DNA from: Halocafeteria seosinensis | Lineage: Eukaryota | DNA: 20,000 nt | Direction: 5' to 3' | NCBI GenBank assembly: GCA_001687465.1 | Contig: LVLI01000325.1 | Span: 108,542-128,541, forward strand | Shown: positions 1 to 11,056 of the stretch, piece by piece | Layout of the letters: each line of letters begins with the position of its first letter | How positions within the stretch are numbered: position 1 is the first letter of the stretch | Notes under the pieces: model-generated | What the model saw: the letters and a program-made list of their open reading frames with translations, nothing else | Database searches by the model: none | What the model was told of the DNA's origin: nothing | Program-made: the position numbers and the translations under genes

Positions 1-3000
1 AGCCACTCTTCAACAGCGCTAACAATATCGGCCCCGCCAGAAGGGACTGCTGTGCTGGGAGTGTCCTGTAACGTTGCAGAGTCGTCAACGTCAAAGCGCC
101 ATCTTATTTGGCTTCCAACCCCGGGAGGGGCAGTACAGATAATTTCTGTGTTGGGAACCGCTATTTTGCAATGTTCCGATTCGAATTCCACTGCCCATTC
201 CGTCACTTCACGGCCGACACCACCATGAACAATGACATCTTCTGCTGTCGCACCGCGCCGCTGAAGCTTCGAAGCAGTCGGACCAAGGTTTCTCCCTGTG
301 ATACGTAGTGCATCACCCCCCACAGTCGGTATGTCCTCCGACACGTTGAAGCTGTCAATGCTCATGTCATCAATATCATTGACTATGACGATAGCCGTGA
401 CATTGGTAGCAAGTGCGGGTTCGCCACCATCTGACACTAGGATTCGCAATTCGTAGAAGTCCACGTCTTCGTAGTCCAAATGACCTTTCAGTTGCAGGCT
501 TGGCTTATCTTCATCGGTAATACCCCATATACCATCGCTGTCGCCTTCCACTATCTCAAGGCTAAGTTTCCCATGGGAAACCGTGCTGGAGTCCGGATCC
601 AGGACATGGACGTAATCTGGTGGACTACTTTCCTGGGATGCATGCACGAAGAGCTCACGAGGATTGCTGCTTTCGCTCGCGTCTTCTTCGATTTGGAACC
701 AAAAGATACCATTGGATGTTGCCCCCGATCCAATATACGGTCGCTCGTTCAGATCACCCACATCTATCTTCAACTCAGTGTTGTCGGTCAAACCATCTTT
801 ATCGGTGACGGTGATATTGAGAACGTAATACCTACCGCTGAGGCTTCCTTGAAACCACTCTGCCTCGAAATCCATAGGAGAGTTGGTCTTCACTTCGCCG
901 GTAGTCTCGCTAACAACGAAGGGTGTCTCAGGTCGTTGGGGATGGTGGGGCAAGATATCTAGGATTCTGAACGTGTGGTCTTCGTTTCTATCGGGATCGC
1001 TCACCTCTACCACTCCAACATGCGTCCCAATAGGTACGAGTTCATCGACAGAAAGTGAGGACGTATTAATGCTTGGTTTGTTTGGCCTATCTAGGACGTC
1101 AATTGTAATCACAGCCGAGTCTGTCAGTCTCCCAATACCATCATCTTCTACGACTACATCCATATAGATCTTGGGCTCTTCAGCGAAGGAAAGTCCCTCG
1201 CCAACGATCTTTATTTCACCGTCTTTATTCACATCCACCATAGACTCAGCCGTACTTGGGTGCCACCCAGTAACAAAGAGCGTATGGGAGTTCTTCGAAT
1301 CCTCGTCCGAGTATATTATTGTGGCGTCATCAACAACCCCTAGTGGATGGCCTTCGGGTATTTTAAAAGTTTGGTCATCCATCACAGGAGCATTGTTGTC
1401 AGCAACGATACTAAGAGTCACCGTCGCAGTGTCCCTCAAACCATGAGGATCTTTCACTTCCACAGTGATAGTAAATCTTTCCTCACCTTCCTCAACCTCC
1501 GGTGCTTCTTTTGCCAGCACAACAGTTCCATCTGGTGTAATGTCAAATAATTGGTTGCTACCACCATCATCTAGAAGGGTATAATTCAATTTCGACCGGT
1601 CATCAACATCCTGATCTTCACCCACTAGCTGCGATGATCCCACACGGCTACCCCTTTCGGCTAGTGATTTCGTGGATCGGGAAGTGTCGTTCAATCGCGG
1701 AGGGTCGTTCTGATTCCAAAGGTCAATGGTAACCGAAGCTGATCCTTCCAAAGCACTGCCATTCACACCCCTGTCAGTCACGATGACCTCCACTTCATAA
1801 AACGCAGGCTCCGAACCAGTACTATAGAAGGAGTGGCCTTCATAATTTAGCAACGTCGTCCATGGGTAACTGTCAACTCCTTCGGCAACACAAATTCTTC
1901 CACCATCAGTGATCTCAAAGAGAAGAGACATGTTGGGCTTCACGCCTCCAACAGCGGCCCATTCAACTCTCCATGAAAGACCATCCTGGTCGGCGGTGCC
2001 GTCAGGATCCCAGGCAATAACAGTATCAAGATCGTGCGATTTCGGTTTGACGCATGTCCCAGGTGCCGCATTTTCTTCCAAGTAAAACGATTGCTCCTCA
2101 TTGACCACTGGCGCATGATTTACATCCAGAATCTCGATATCCGCAGTCGCTGTTGAAAAAAGCCTTGGAGAACCATTATCCCCGGCTTGCACCACCGCTG
2201 TGTAGCGGTACCTTTCAGTAAAATTAAAGCTGCTGGAGCGAACGGTCAAATCCCCTGAGGATGCACCTACTGAAAAACGGCTAATCACCGTTTCATCATT
2301 TTCATCCTCTGGAAGTCTAAAAAATACTGACTGGCCCACATAGGTGTCTCGGTCTTGCATGTTAAATGCTGCCCCAGGACCGACAAGGGTCGATGCACTC
2401 GCATCTTCACGGACTTGGAACGAGACAGGCTCTATCACGGGTGGGGTATTCACGTGTTGAAGATCAATAACAAAGACTGTGTTGCTTTCTGGGTTATTAT
2501 CTTCATCTTTAGCCTGACAGACCATAGTGATGTCAAGGTGGGAATTCTCCTTATGATTTAGATCATCCTTCTGATGTGTCTCTACTTCGAGTTGATATGC
2601 TTCCTCTCTGAGATGAACCACTCCAAAAACACCATTTGGATCAACTACGTTACAATCAATGATCACATCGGTTTTGTCCCTATCGTACACTCTAAATTCA
2701 GGACCCACTTTAGTTCCTGCAGGTGATCGTTCCTCCACTGTAAACGGGGAGCTTCCCGGGTCGGTAGAACCTCCTGGGAGCTCTACGCGCGGTGGCTGCC
2801 TGACTTTGTTGACGTCTATAACGACGGATGACGTAGATGTTTCGAACTTTCCATCGCTAACGGTCACTCTCACTCGATATCGAGAAGCGCGCATATAATC
2901 TAGTCCTTCAGCCTGCCGATCGAAGAAAATAGCACCGTCGGACTCGATGGAGAATGGGTTCTCGCCACCATCTCCCTCTAGCAAGTCAATACTGTAGGAC

Positions 3001-5701
3001 AATGTATCACCAACGTCGGGATCGTCGGCGGAAACTTTTCCACTATCCTGACCGTCGACACGGTCCCCCACAGTCGCGTCCTCATCGATATTGAAAAAAT
3101 ATTCCCCCTTCACGAAGTATGGCGGTTCAGGAACGTTGACGACTCTGATGACAACTTCCGCCGTATCTTGCAAAGGTGGGGTGCCGTCGTCCTCAACCCT
3201 AATTTCCAACCTATGACTTGGCTGCTCGGCAAAATCTAGCCCCTCTGCAGCTACCGTGATTTGACCGCTGCAAGCCCCAATGCTAAACAGCGACGCATCA
3301 CCCTCTAGTCCTTGAACAATCTTATACCGAACTTCTTGGCCAGCTTCGTCGTTCTCAGCGACCACTGGGTCACCAATTGGGTCGTTTAGGGCGGCATCTT
3401 CCGGCACGTCTCGAAAAAATTCGCTCTCGACGAAGACCGGAGGGTCATTTTCTCCCACTACCTGAACAGAGAATCGACACGTTACCGTAGGTACATCGTT
3501 TGCAGCAACTTCCAAAGTTAGGAGATATTGAGGACAATCATCGAAGTCAAGGTTCTGTTCCTCGTCTGGCACGTCGATGGAGACTGTATACTCATCGTTA
3601 TTGTCTTGCGGGGTTGCATGAAACGGCTGGAGTAGCGTGCATGTATCCACAGGATCCGGGCCCCCTGGATCTAGCCGCTGACCCAAGGAGAAGGCAAGTT
3701 CTCCGCTATTGGTACGACTTTTCACAACAATTTTCGCAAATGGCTCCCCCTTATGGCTATTTTCAGAAACAGATACTCGTCCTCCTTCAAATTCATTGTC
3801 AGCCACTTGATTCTCACAGAGCATGCTGTCAGAATGAGACGTAGTGCTTGCCGCTGGAATAAACTCTATTTTCCTTGATCGCTTTCCGGAGCCGCAGACG
3901 AATTCCTCTGGACACTTTTGCTGATCTTCCCGTTGGTCCGGTGGGGCATCTTCGGGAAGCGTGTAGTGCCCATCAGAAACTTGTATCGGTTCATCAGATC
4001 CGGGGGGACAGTAAAACGCTGTAGGGATGTCTTTCCCATTGCCACAGCTAACCTGCGTAGGATCAACAGACCCTGCAGGGCACCAAAATCCTTCCCTACA
4101 TTCGCCAGAGCATGTACTGGACGTCATACCCTGCTCATCACCATAATATCCTGCAGGACATTTCTCGCGTACTCCGTTTTGACAGTAGTATCCCCGTGGA
4201 CATTTGCGCTGTTCAGTACGGATGTTGCCCTCCTCAGGAAAGGTGTAGAATCCAGAATCAACAGTCTTTGGTTCTTCTCTTCCGGGAGGACAATATTTAG
4301 TTTCATCCCCACAATTTTGTTGCTGAGGGGATGACGACCCCGGCGGACAAAGATATCCTGCTTCGCATTCACCAGCGCAAGCGGAGGACGTCTCTCCTTG
4401 GTTTCCATACCGGCCAGCCTGGCAGATTTGCCCGGAGGGAGAAGAGCTGGTTTCACCCTCCTCACAGTAATACCCCGCATCGCATGCTCCAGAGCACTGT
4501 TGGGTCTGCAACCCTGCCGCGCTGCCGTATCTTCCAGCGGGACTGTACAACGCATGTTGCCGTGAAGTTCAATACACACAACCAGAAAAGCGCCATTAGA
4601 GCGAAAGCTTACCATATCTGCTCCTTGTTGCTTGTAGAGCCTTTTGGGCAGTAATAGCCCTTTTTGCAAGAACCACTGCACTGAGACGACTTCAGCTCTT
4701 CCACGCTTCCGTATCTTCCCGGTGGGCACTCAGTACAACTCTTAGAGGAACTAATGGTGGCAGCGTACTGTCCAGGATCACACTTTTCACAGCTTTCTCC
4801 GTCGCTGCTAAGTTTATAGCCAGGCAAACAGCCAACTGTAAACGTAGTGCAAATGTGCAAGTGCAAGTCACGTCACACACGCACAGTCTGGAATATACGT
4901 CGGGACCGCGACTTACCAGGTAGACGGCAAACAAAATGATGCCTGTTGCTACAGTCTTCATTGACATGCGTTAGCCGCGGTTCACCACCATTCCAAAGCA
5001 TTACACAGTCCTCATCATTGTCTTTAGGGTACGTCGATGCCCACTGTGAAGCGTGCGAATTAGGCACGGAGTCGTCATTGACCCATCGAAACCCATTCTG
5101 CAATTCCCAGTGGAATAACCTTGCAGTCGAAAGCACTAAAACAACAGATTACAGTGCAATACCAAACTTACCCCTGTCCGCTGCATTCCGATCCAGCATT
5201 GGTTATTCGGACCGCGGCAAAGAGAATAAATCAATTCTCGCGTAGCTCCCTTGTCTTCCCATCGTGCCAGATCCCCTGCGGGAACAAAAGCTTTACATCG
5301 ACGCTGCTTGGAACAGAAAAATTCGTAGATGGGGCACCATACCATCTTCATTTTGGCAGACATCCCGCGCATCTTCGAACGCTTTGCTTTGAGCGAAGTA
5401 CCTGAAGCAGTAGTCGTTCTCGTCGATTTCAGATCGGGTGTAACCGGGCGGACAGTGAATGGCTGCACAAGTTGAACGCAAATGAATCCAGCCAGAAAGT
5501 ACGCCCAGAAGCGTATGCACCACTCATGATTCCAACGGCTTTAGCACTTGGTTTCTCAGGTGTGCGGCTGACGTGTCGGCTTACATACAAACAGATGCAC
5601 TTACGTTTGTCCGCATCATCATCAGCTCGAACAGCTCTCTGGAAACTGCATAGAACGGCGAGAAGCACACAAAAGTTCGGAATTCGACCGAGGAACATCA
5701 T
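1..5701 (-). CDS. Large cadherin-repeat surface protein (signal peptide - C-type lectin - Cys-rich repeats - ~10 cadherin EC repeats - IPT/TIG-like); 3' end lies beyond the window
   Basis: Manually spliced, phase-consistent GT-AG model: exons 5701-5605, 5462-5343, 5275-5172, 5097-4917, 4835-4613, 4542-<1. The N-terminus MMFLGRIPNFCVLLAVLCSFQRAVRA resembles a signal peptide. C-type lectin signatures: CFRYF..FEDARDVC..GDLA..CWIGM..FRW..DC..DC..HFVC. Repeats of the form CPxGxYG..CSGxCxxGYxCPxGS follow. Cadherin motifs include ENDPPVF, VPEDA, LDF/LDY, EDDGTPPL, DVNHAP, DLNERP, LDYE and SDGGEPAL. Then IPTVGGDALRITGRNLG...IICTAPPGVG. The last exon reads open for ~1500 codons to the window edge, which explains its absence from the ORF track. 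Confidence 0.9.
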
Positions 5702-6543
5702 AGTTCCTTGCGCTTTCGCTGCGAGAGACGGAGATTCGAGCGACGTGGAGAATTCCAAGGCTTCCTTCGCCTCGGCAAGCTCCCACCAGAGTCTCCCCTG
5801 GGAATAGCAGGGCTAAAAGAGGCTGGCCGTCTCCCCAGAGCAGTGGTAAAGGTATTTAGGTATTGACAAGCGCAGAATGACGAGCCGCGTACACGGAACG
5901 AAGAAAAACACTTCAACGTCCCTGTGCGCCGCTTCCCTTGTGTCTCCCCTGCGCGTTTGCCCGACCCCTTTTTGGCACCCAGTACAGTGGGGGAGGCAGG
6001 GAAGAAGCCTTCTTTGTAAACCTGTAGACACTGAGATAGTAGCCCTAGCTACAATATGTTAATTGTAAATGACGACTAACAAACCCAGACACGCGTAGCG
6101 AGTTTGCGAAGAGTACCTTTAGCGTTAAGCTTTAAGCCTCACACGTAGCATGCCGGGTCTTGCGACCCAGACAGCTGTGTGCGACAGATACTGGCCGCTC
6201 TGGCAGTCTCCTTCCAGGATCGTGACTCATCAATTACGAGAAGAACTCCTCTACTTTGTGTCTTAGATGTACTTGGAAAAGTACCGCAGTATTTATCATG
6301 TGCTGATTTGCTCAGACTTGACATCGTTCGGGGGTGTTTCATCATGTCGGACACAAAGAGCAGCCGAGAGCTCACCAGAGGAATTAGCCGCTGGCCGTAC
6401 GGGCGCGTGCGGCTAAATCAGCGCGGAATAACAGGCTACCTATAACGTATTCTAGTACAATTTAGCACGTAATTTGTATATAACGCAATGTGCATTTAGT
6501 GAGTGTCGGAGTCAAAACCATTGAAAATGGGTAATGTAGTCAT

Positions 6544-9500
6544 TTACTTCGGTTTGAGCTTCCCTTGCACGGCAGCATACAGTTCGTCGGTGGTTTGTTT
6601 CGCATCCCCAAGCAGCATATCGGTGTTCCCCTTGTAAAAGACGGGATTATCCACTGTGATACATAACACATCGATAAAGCAGTGAAAAAGACGCTTATAT
6701 AAACCGAAACAGGCACATACCAGCTGCATATCCAGTACCCATGGTCCGCTTCATAACGATGACATTGTCGGCTTCCCAAACACGCAGCACAGGCATTCCG
6801 GCAATCGCACTGTCAGGGTCATCTTGCGCAGCAGAATTGACAGTGTCATTTGCCCCGATGACAATAACCACATCCGTATCGGCAAAGTCATCGTTAATGT
6901 CATCCATTTCTTCCACGATATCTGCGCGCGGCAACATGGAAAAGAGGTATCCCATGCACAGCTGTAGCTACCTTCCATCTCTAATGCTTACCGTATGGGA
7001 TACCAGCTTCAGCCAAGAGGACGTTCAGCTGGCCCGGCATTCGCCCCGCAACGGGATGGATAGCAAAGCGAACGTCCTTGCCAGCATCACGAAGGGCCTT
7101 GACCATACTGCCGAGAGAATACTGAGCNTTTGCAACCGCCATTCCATACCCTGGAGTGATAATCACTTTCCTAGCATCAACCAGCCTTTCAGCAGCGCCT
7201 GCAATAGCATTCAAGAAAGCTGTTTATACTGTCGCAATCAGCTTGTCGAGTTGGTACGATAACGAACCTTGGATATCCACCTCAGTATGTTCAAGCTGTT
7301 CTGTGGCTTTTGTAACCTTGGCATTCTCATTCCAACCACCCAAGATAACATTTGGAAGCGAACTGCATTCCATACATTGGGTAAACAATTTCTCCGAGAA
7401 CTTTCAACTCTTGCATAAAGACGTACCGATTCATCCCTTCACACATGATATACGACAAGATAGCACCGCTGGAGCCTACGAGCGCGCCAACAATCGTAAG
7501 GAGATCATTGTTCAACATGAAGCCCTCGGCGCATAGCGCCCAGCCACTGTAACTATTGAGCACGGTAATGACGACAGGCATATCTGCCCCTCCAATGCTA
7601 GCGGTCATGTGGGCACCCATGGCTCCACTTAGACCCGTCGCAGAGAGAAGTGCGGCCAAGCCGGTTTCCGCGGAGGGGTGTGAACAGTAGACACCCATAG
7701 CACCGACGGATGCTGTCGCCATTCCCGCGTTTAACATGTTCTTGCCACTTAGATCCAAGGGTTTCGAATCCAGAAGTCCCCTCAATTTAGCGAAGGCAAC
7801 CAATGATCCAGTCAAAGTCACCCCACCAATCCAAGTACCTGTGAAAAGTGTTGACATCACATGCCAAACGGGCGCGGTAAAATAATAATGTAGAAGGGGG
7901 ACTTACCGAGATAAACGGATGTTTCATTCACTTTTCCCACCGCGTCCGTCACGAAAGAATCATATTCGCCAAGATGTTTCGAGAGTCCAGTTAGCACTGC
8001 CGCTAGACCAACACTAGAGTGGAAGGCTGCAGTTAACTCCGGGAGCTCAGTAATGGCGACCTTCTTGGCAATGTTGTATCCAATAACGCCACCTCCACCT
8101 AGCACACCAGTCATTTGAGCCATAACCGACGCCGAGGGAGACATATGTCCCAGGGTGGCCAAGATTCCGCCACCGACACCAATCATTCCGAGAGCGTTCC
8201 CTGAGCGTGCCGTTGAGTGCTGAGATAATCCCGCAATCGCTCCAATGCAGCATAGGGAAGAGCCCAAATAAGCTAGTTGGTGAACCTGTTCTGCTCCCAT
8301 AGCAGCAGCTGCCAAATAGCCCCCTGCAATGGAGAAGGTATTGGTTAGCTTGAGCGAAAACTAAAGTAGGATAATACAACCCAGACTTACCACCAAACAT
8401 GGCAGCCGGAATGCCGTAGAGGTACATAGGCTCAGGAGGATCCTCTGGGCGACGGAACATATCAAGCATGCGATGCGTTACCAAAAAGCCCCCACCAATA
8501 TTCACTGCACTAAACCCGGCTGCTGCCGCGGCCAGCGCTTGTCCTGTGGTATGCGGAATGACACCACCACCCATTAGTGCCATCCCTCCGACAGCTGTCA
8601 TCCCCGATACTGCGTTGGTGACGGACATCAATGGAGAATGAAGAGAGGGTTGTACGCCCCAAACAACCTGTACAAAGAAAATAAAAGACGACTAAAGTAA
8701 ACGAAGACCAAGACAAGAGATATGCTTAGATTGCCTTACGTTGTAGCCGATTACACCAGCCAGACCCAGCGTAGTTACCATGGTGGAAAACTCGGGAGTA
8801 GGAGAGACGAGACCAATACCTATCATAGAGGAGAGAGCACCCCCAGTTGCAAATGCTCGGAAGCGGGTCGTGCGATACAGTTTTTCAGCCGCACTTATAT
8901 CCTCGGGCTGACCCAGCGACCCCTTCTCATCCTTCTGCTGCTTTGGAGGAGATGGATCGGCGATTGCGGGAGGCGGCCACATTTTCTCACCTTCAAGAGT
9001 CACTATGCTGCCTCGAACGACATCGTCGTTAAGATCTACAATATACTCCCCTTCCTTGTTGGTCATACTCATCAGAAGCTTACTAACGTTATTAGCGTAA
9101 AGGGTCGAAGACTGGGTTGGAAGTCGGGATGGAAAATCCGTGTAGCCAACTATTTTCACGCCATTCGACTCCGCAAGCTTTCCAGGTTCGGTCAGCTCAC
9201 AATTACCTCCATTTTCCGATGCAAGGTCAACGATGATCGACCCAGTTTTCATTCGAGACACCATGTCCTTCGTGATTAGCTTAGGAGCTGGTTTTCCGGG
9301 TATCAATGCGGTTGTGATGATAACATCGACCTCGCTAGCTTGCTTTGAGAACAATTCCATTTCACGCCGAATAAATTCATCGCTCATTTCCTTGGCATAG
9401 CCTCCAGATCCCTCGCCAGATTCTTCCTCAATTCCAGTTGTATCCACTTCCAAAAACTCCGCTCCCAAGGATTCAACCTGTTCTTTGACAGCCGGGCGGG

Positions 9501-10393
9501 TGTCAAAGCCACGTACAATTGCGCCAAGGTTCTTGGCTGTAGCCATCGAGGAGAGCCCGGCAACGCCGCCTCCAATGACGAGCACTTTGGCCGGGGGTAC
9601 GCGGCCAGCAGCGGTCATTTGACCAGCGAAAAACCGGTCAAAGTGACTGGCTGCCTCAACAACGGCTTTGTACCCAGAAATGTTGGCCATGGAGGATAAA
9701 GCGTCAAAGACTTGAGCTCTACTGATCCGCGGAATACAGTCCATTGCAAAGGCCGTAGCTTCCTGCTGCATCAGACGATTCACTAAGTCTTCATCTCTTG
9801 CTGGGTACAAGAAAGAAATCAGATCGGATTGCTTCTGAAGGAAATCGACTTCGTGTTCTGCAGATGGAGTCACAAGCAAAAGCCCCTATGAGAACACGGG
9901 AACAGACATGGTGGCAGTAAAACTTACGACTTCCTGCCATAGTCGGAGGACGAACCTTGAGTATAAAGTTCGACGTTTCATAGAGATCCGCTTGACTGGG
10001 CACTATAGTAGCGCCGGCGGCTTCATAATCCTTGTCCGAGAAGTTAGCAGCCGCTCCAGCACCAGATTCCACGAAGATGTTGTCAAAGCCTTTCTTTTTC
10101 AGCTGCTGAATGGATGCCGGGCTCTGCGAGACGCGTCTCTCGCTTTCCCAGATTTCCTTGGGCACTCCTAAGCGGACCTGAGAAAGGGCTTTCTTACGCT
10201 TAATGCCGCCTCGATCAGGCTTCCCGCCTCCTGTAGAGGCGTTTGAAGAATTCCGAGAGAACAGGGATGGGGCTGGCCCGTGCTTTCTGTTCCCGCGGAG
10301 CTTGTTCCCTCCCAAATTGACGTCTCTCGCAGATGAGAATCGACCCATACCGGCGCCAGAGCGCCGCAAAAACGAAGAACGCGCAGATAGCAT
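6544..10393 (-). CDS. NNT: Proton-translocating NAD(P)+ transhydrogenase, single-chain mitochondrial type (dI-dII-dIII), ~1100 aa
   Basis: Nine phase-consistent exons: 10393-9928, 9857-8740, 8667-8391, 8323-7907, 7838-7427, 7362-7268, 7198-6992, 6921-6721, 6653-6544 (3303 nt). Motifs: [107 protein letters not shown]. The ~70-aa N-terminal extension is Arg/Ser/Gly-rich and acid-poor, like a mitochondrial presequence. One ambiguous base (N) at 7128. Confidence 0.97.
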
Positions 10394-11056
10394 CGTGTAA
10401 AAGGCAATGAAAGACCAGAAAGAACGAAAAAAGAATGCGCAACTGGCCGTTAAGTTGAAGTTTTTCAATTATGTTCGTTTTGCCCACAAAGCTCGTAAAG
10501 ACGATCCTAAGAACACTTACAGACCAGAAAGCCTACAAGTTCGCTTCAACCTACCTTGGAGCCCTAACAACCCTATTATACCGGACGAATTGTACCTTCA
10601 AAACGAGCAAGATACAAACGCATCCTCCGTCCGGGCCCAGCGCCCGGATTTGAATTCCACCTCGTGTTTACCCCCTTTCATCGGCGTATATCGAGCGTAC
10701 ACATACCATATGGTATGAGTGGTACACCTACCTATTTCTCAGATAGGGATAATGGCGGAAAAAGCGTACAAATGGGAGATCCGGGACCAGGTACCGGACA
10801 CGTGGAACCAGCTGGCGGGGGGACTTCGGTGAGGACCACGCCGAAGCTACTACATAAAGAATCAAATATTGCGATAGCGCTCTTTCATGATCGTTATTCA
10901 TTGCATCCATGTGAATTCAGATTTGGGCTCGTTTCAACCGTACTTGCTTCTTTTTAGCAATGCAACTGCAAAGTGTAGCTCCTTTTTTCAGAATTCCTCT
11001 TACCGTACCGTAGTTGCGTGTAGTCACTATTAACCACAACCATGATTTCCAGAGTT

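Noticed and set aside
108..4654. Many short plus-strand and off-frame ORFs in the ORF track
   Set aside because: They are antisense or alternate-frame shadows of the long minus-strand cadherin exon and have no recognisable motifs.
6384..6454. Hairpin TTAGCCGC...GCGGCTAA followed by CTAG, as a possible Helitron 3' end or terminator
   Set aside because: The stem is only 8 bp, lies ~35 nt from the CTAG (further than typical), and has no matching 5' end or second copy.
7128..7128. Ambiguous base N in an NNT exon
   Set aside because: It is the first base of a codon reading NGC on the plus strand boundary (translated X in AVAXAQY). The frame is preserved, so it is a sequencing ambiguity and not recoding or pseudogenisation.
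10702..10717. Perfect 16-bp palindrome CATACCATATGGTATG upstream of NNT
   Set aside because: About 0.3 such palindromes are expected by chance in 20 kb, and there is no other support.
10394..11056. Possible downstream Bub1 kinase exons
   Set aside because: The interval is too short and the minus-strand ORFs there show no kinase motifs (GxGxxG, VxLK, HxD, DFG).
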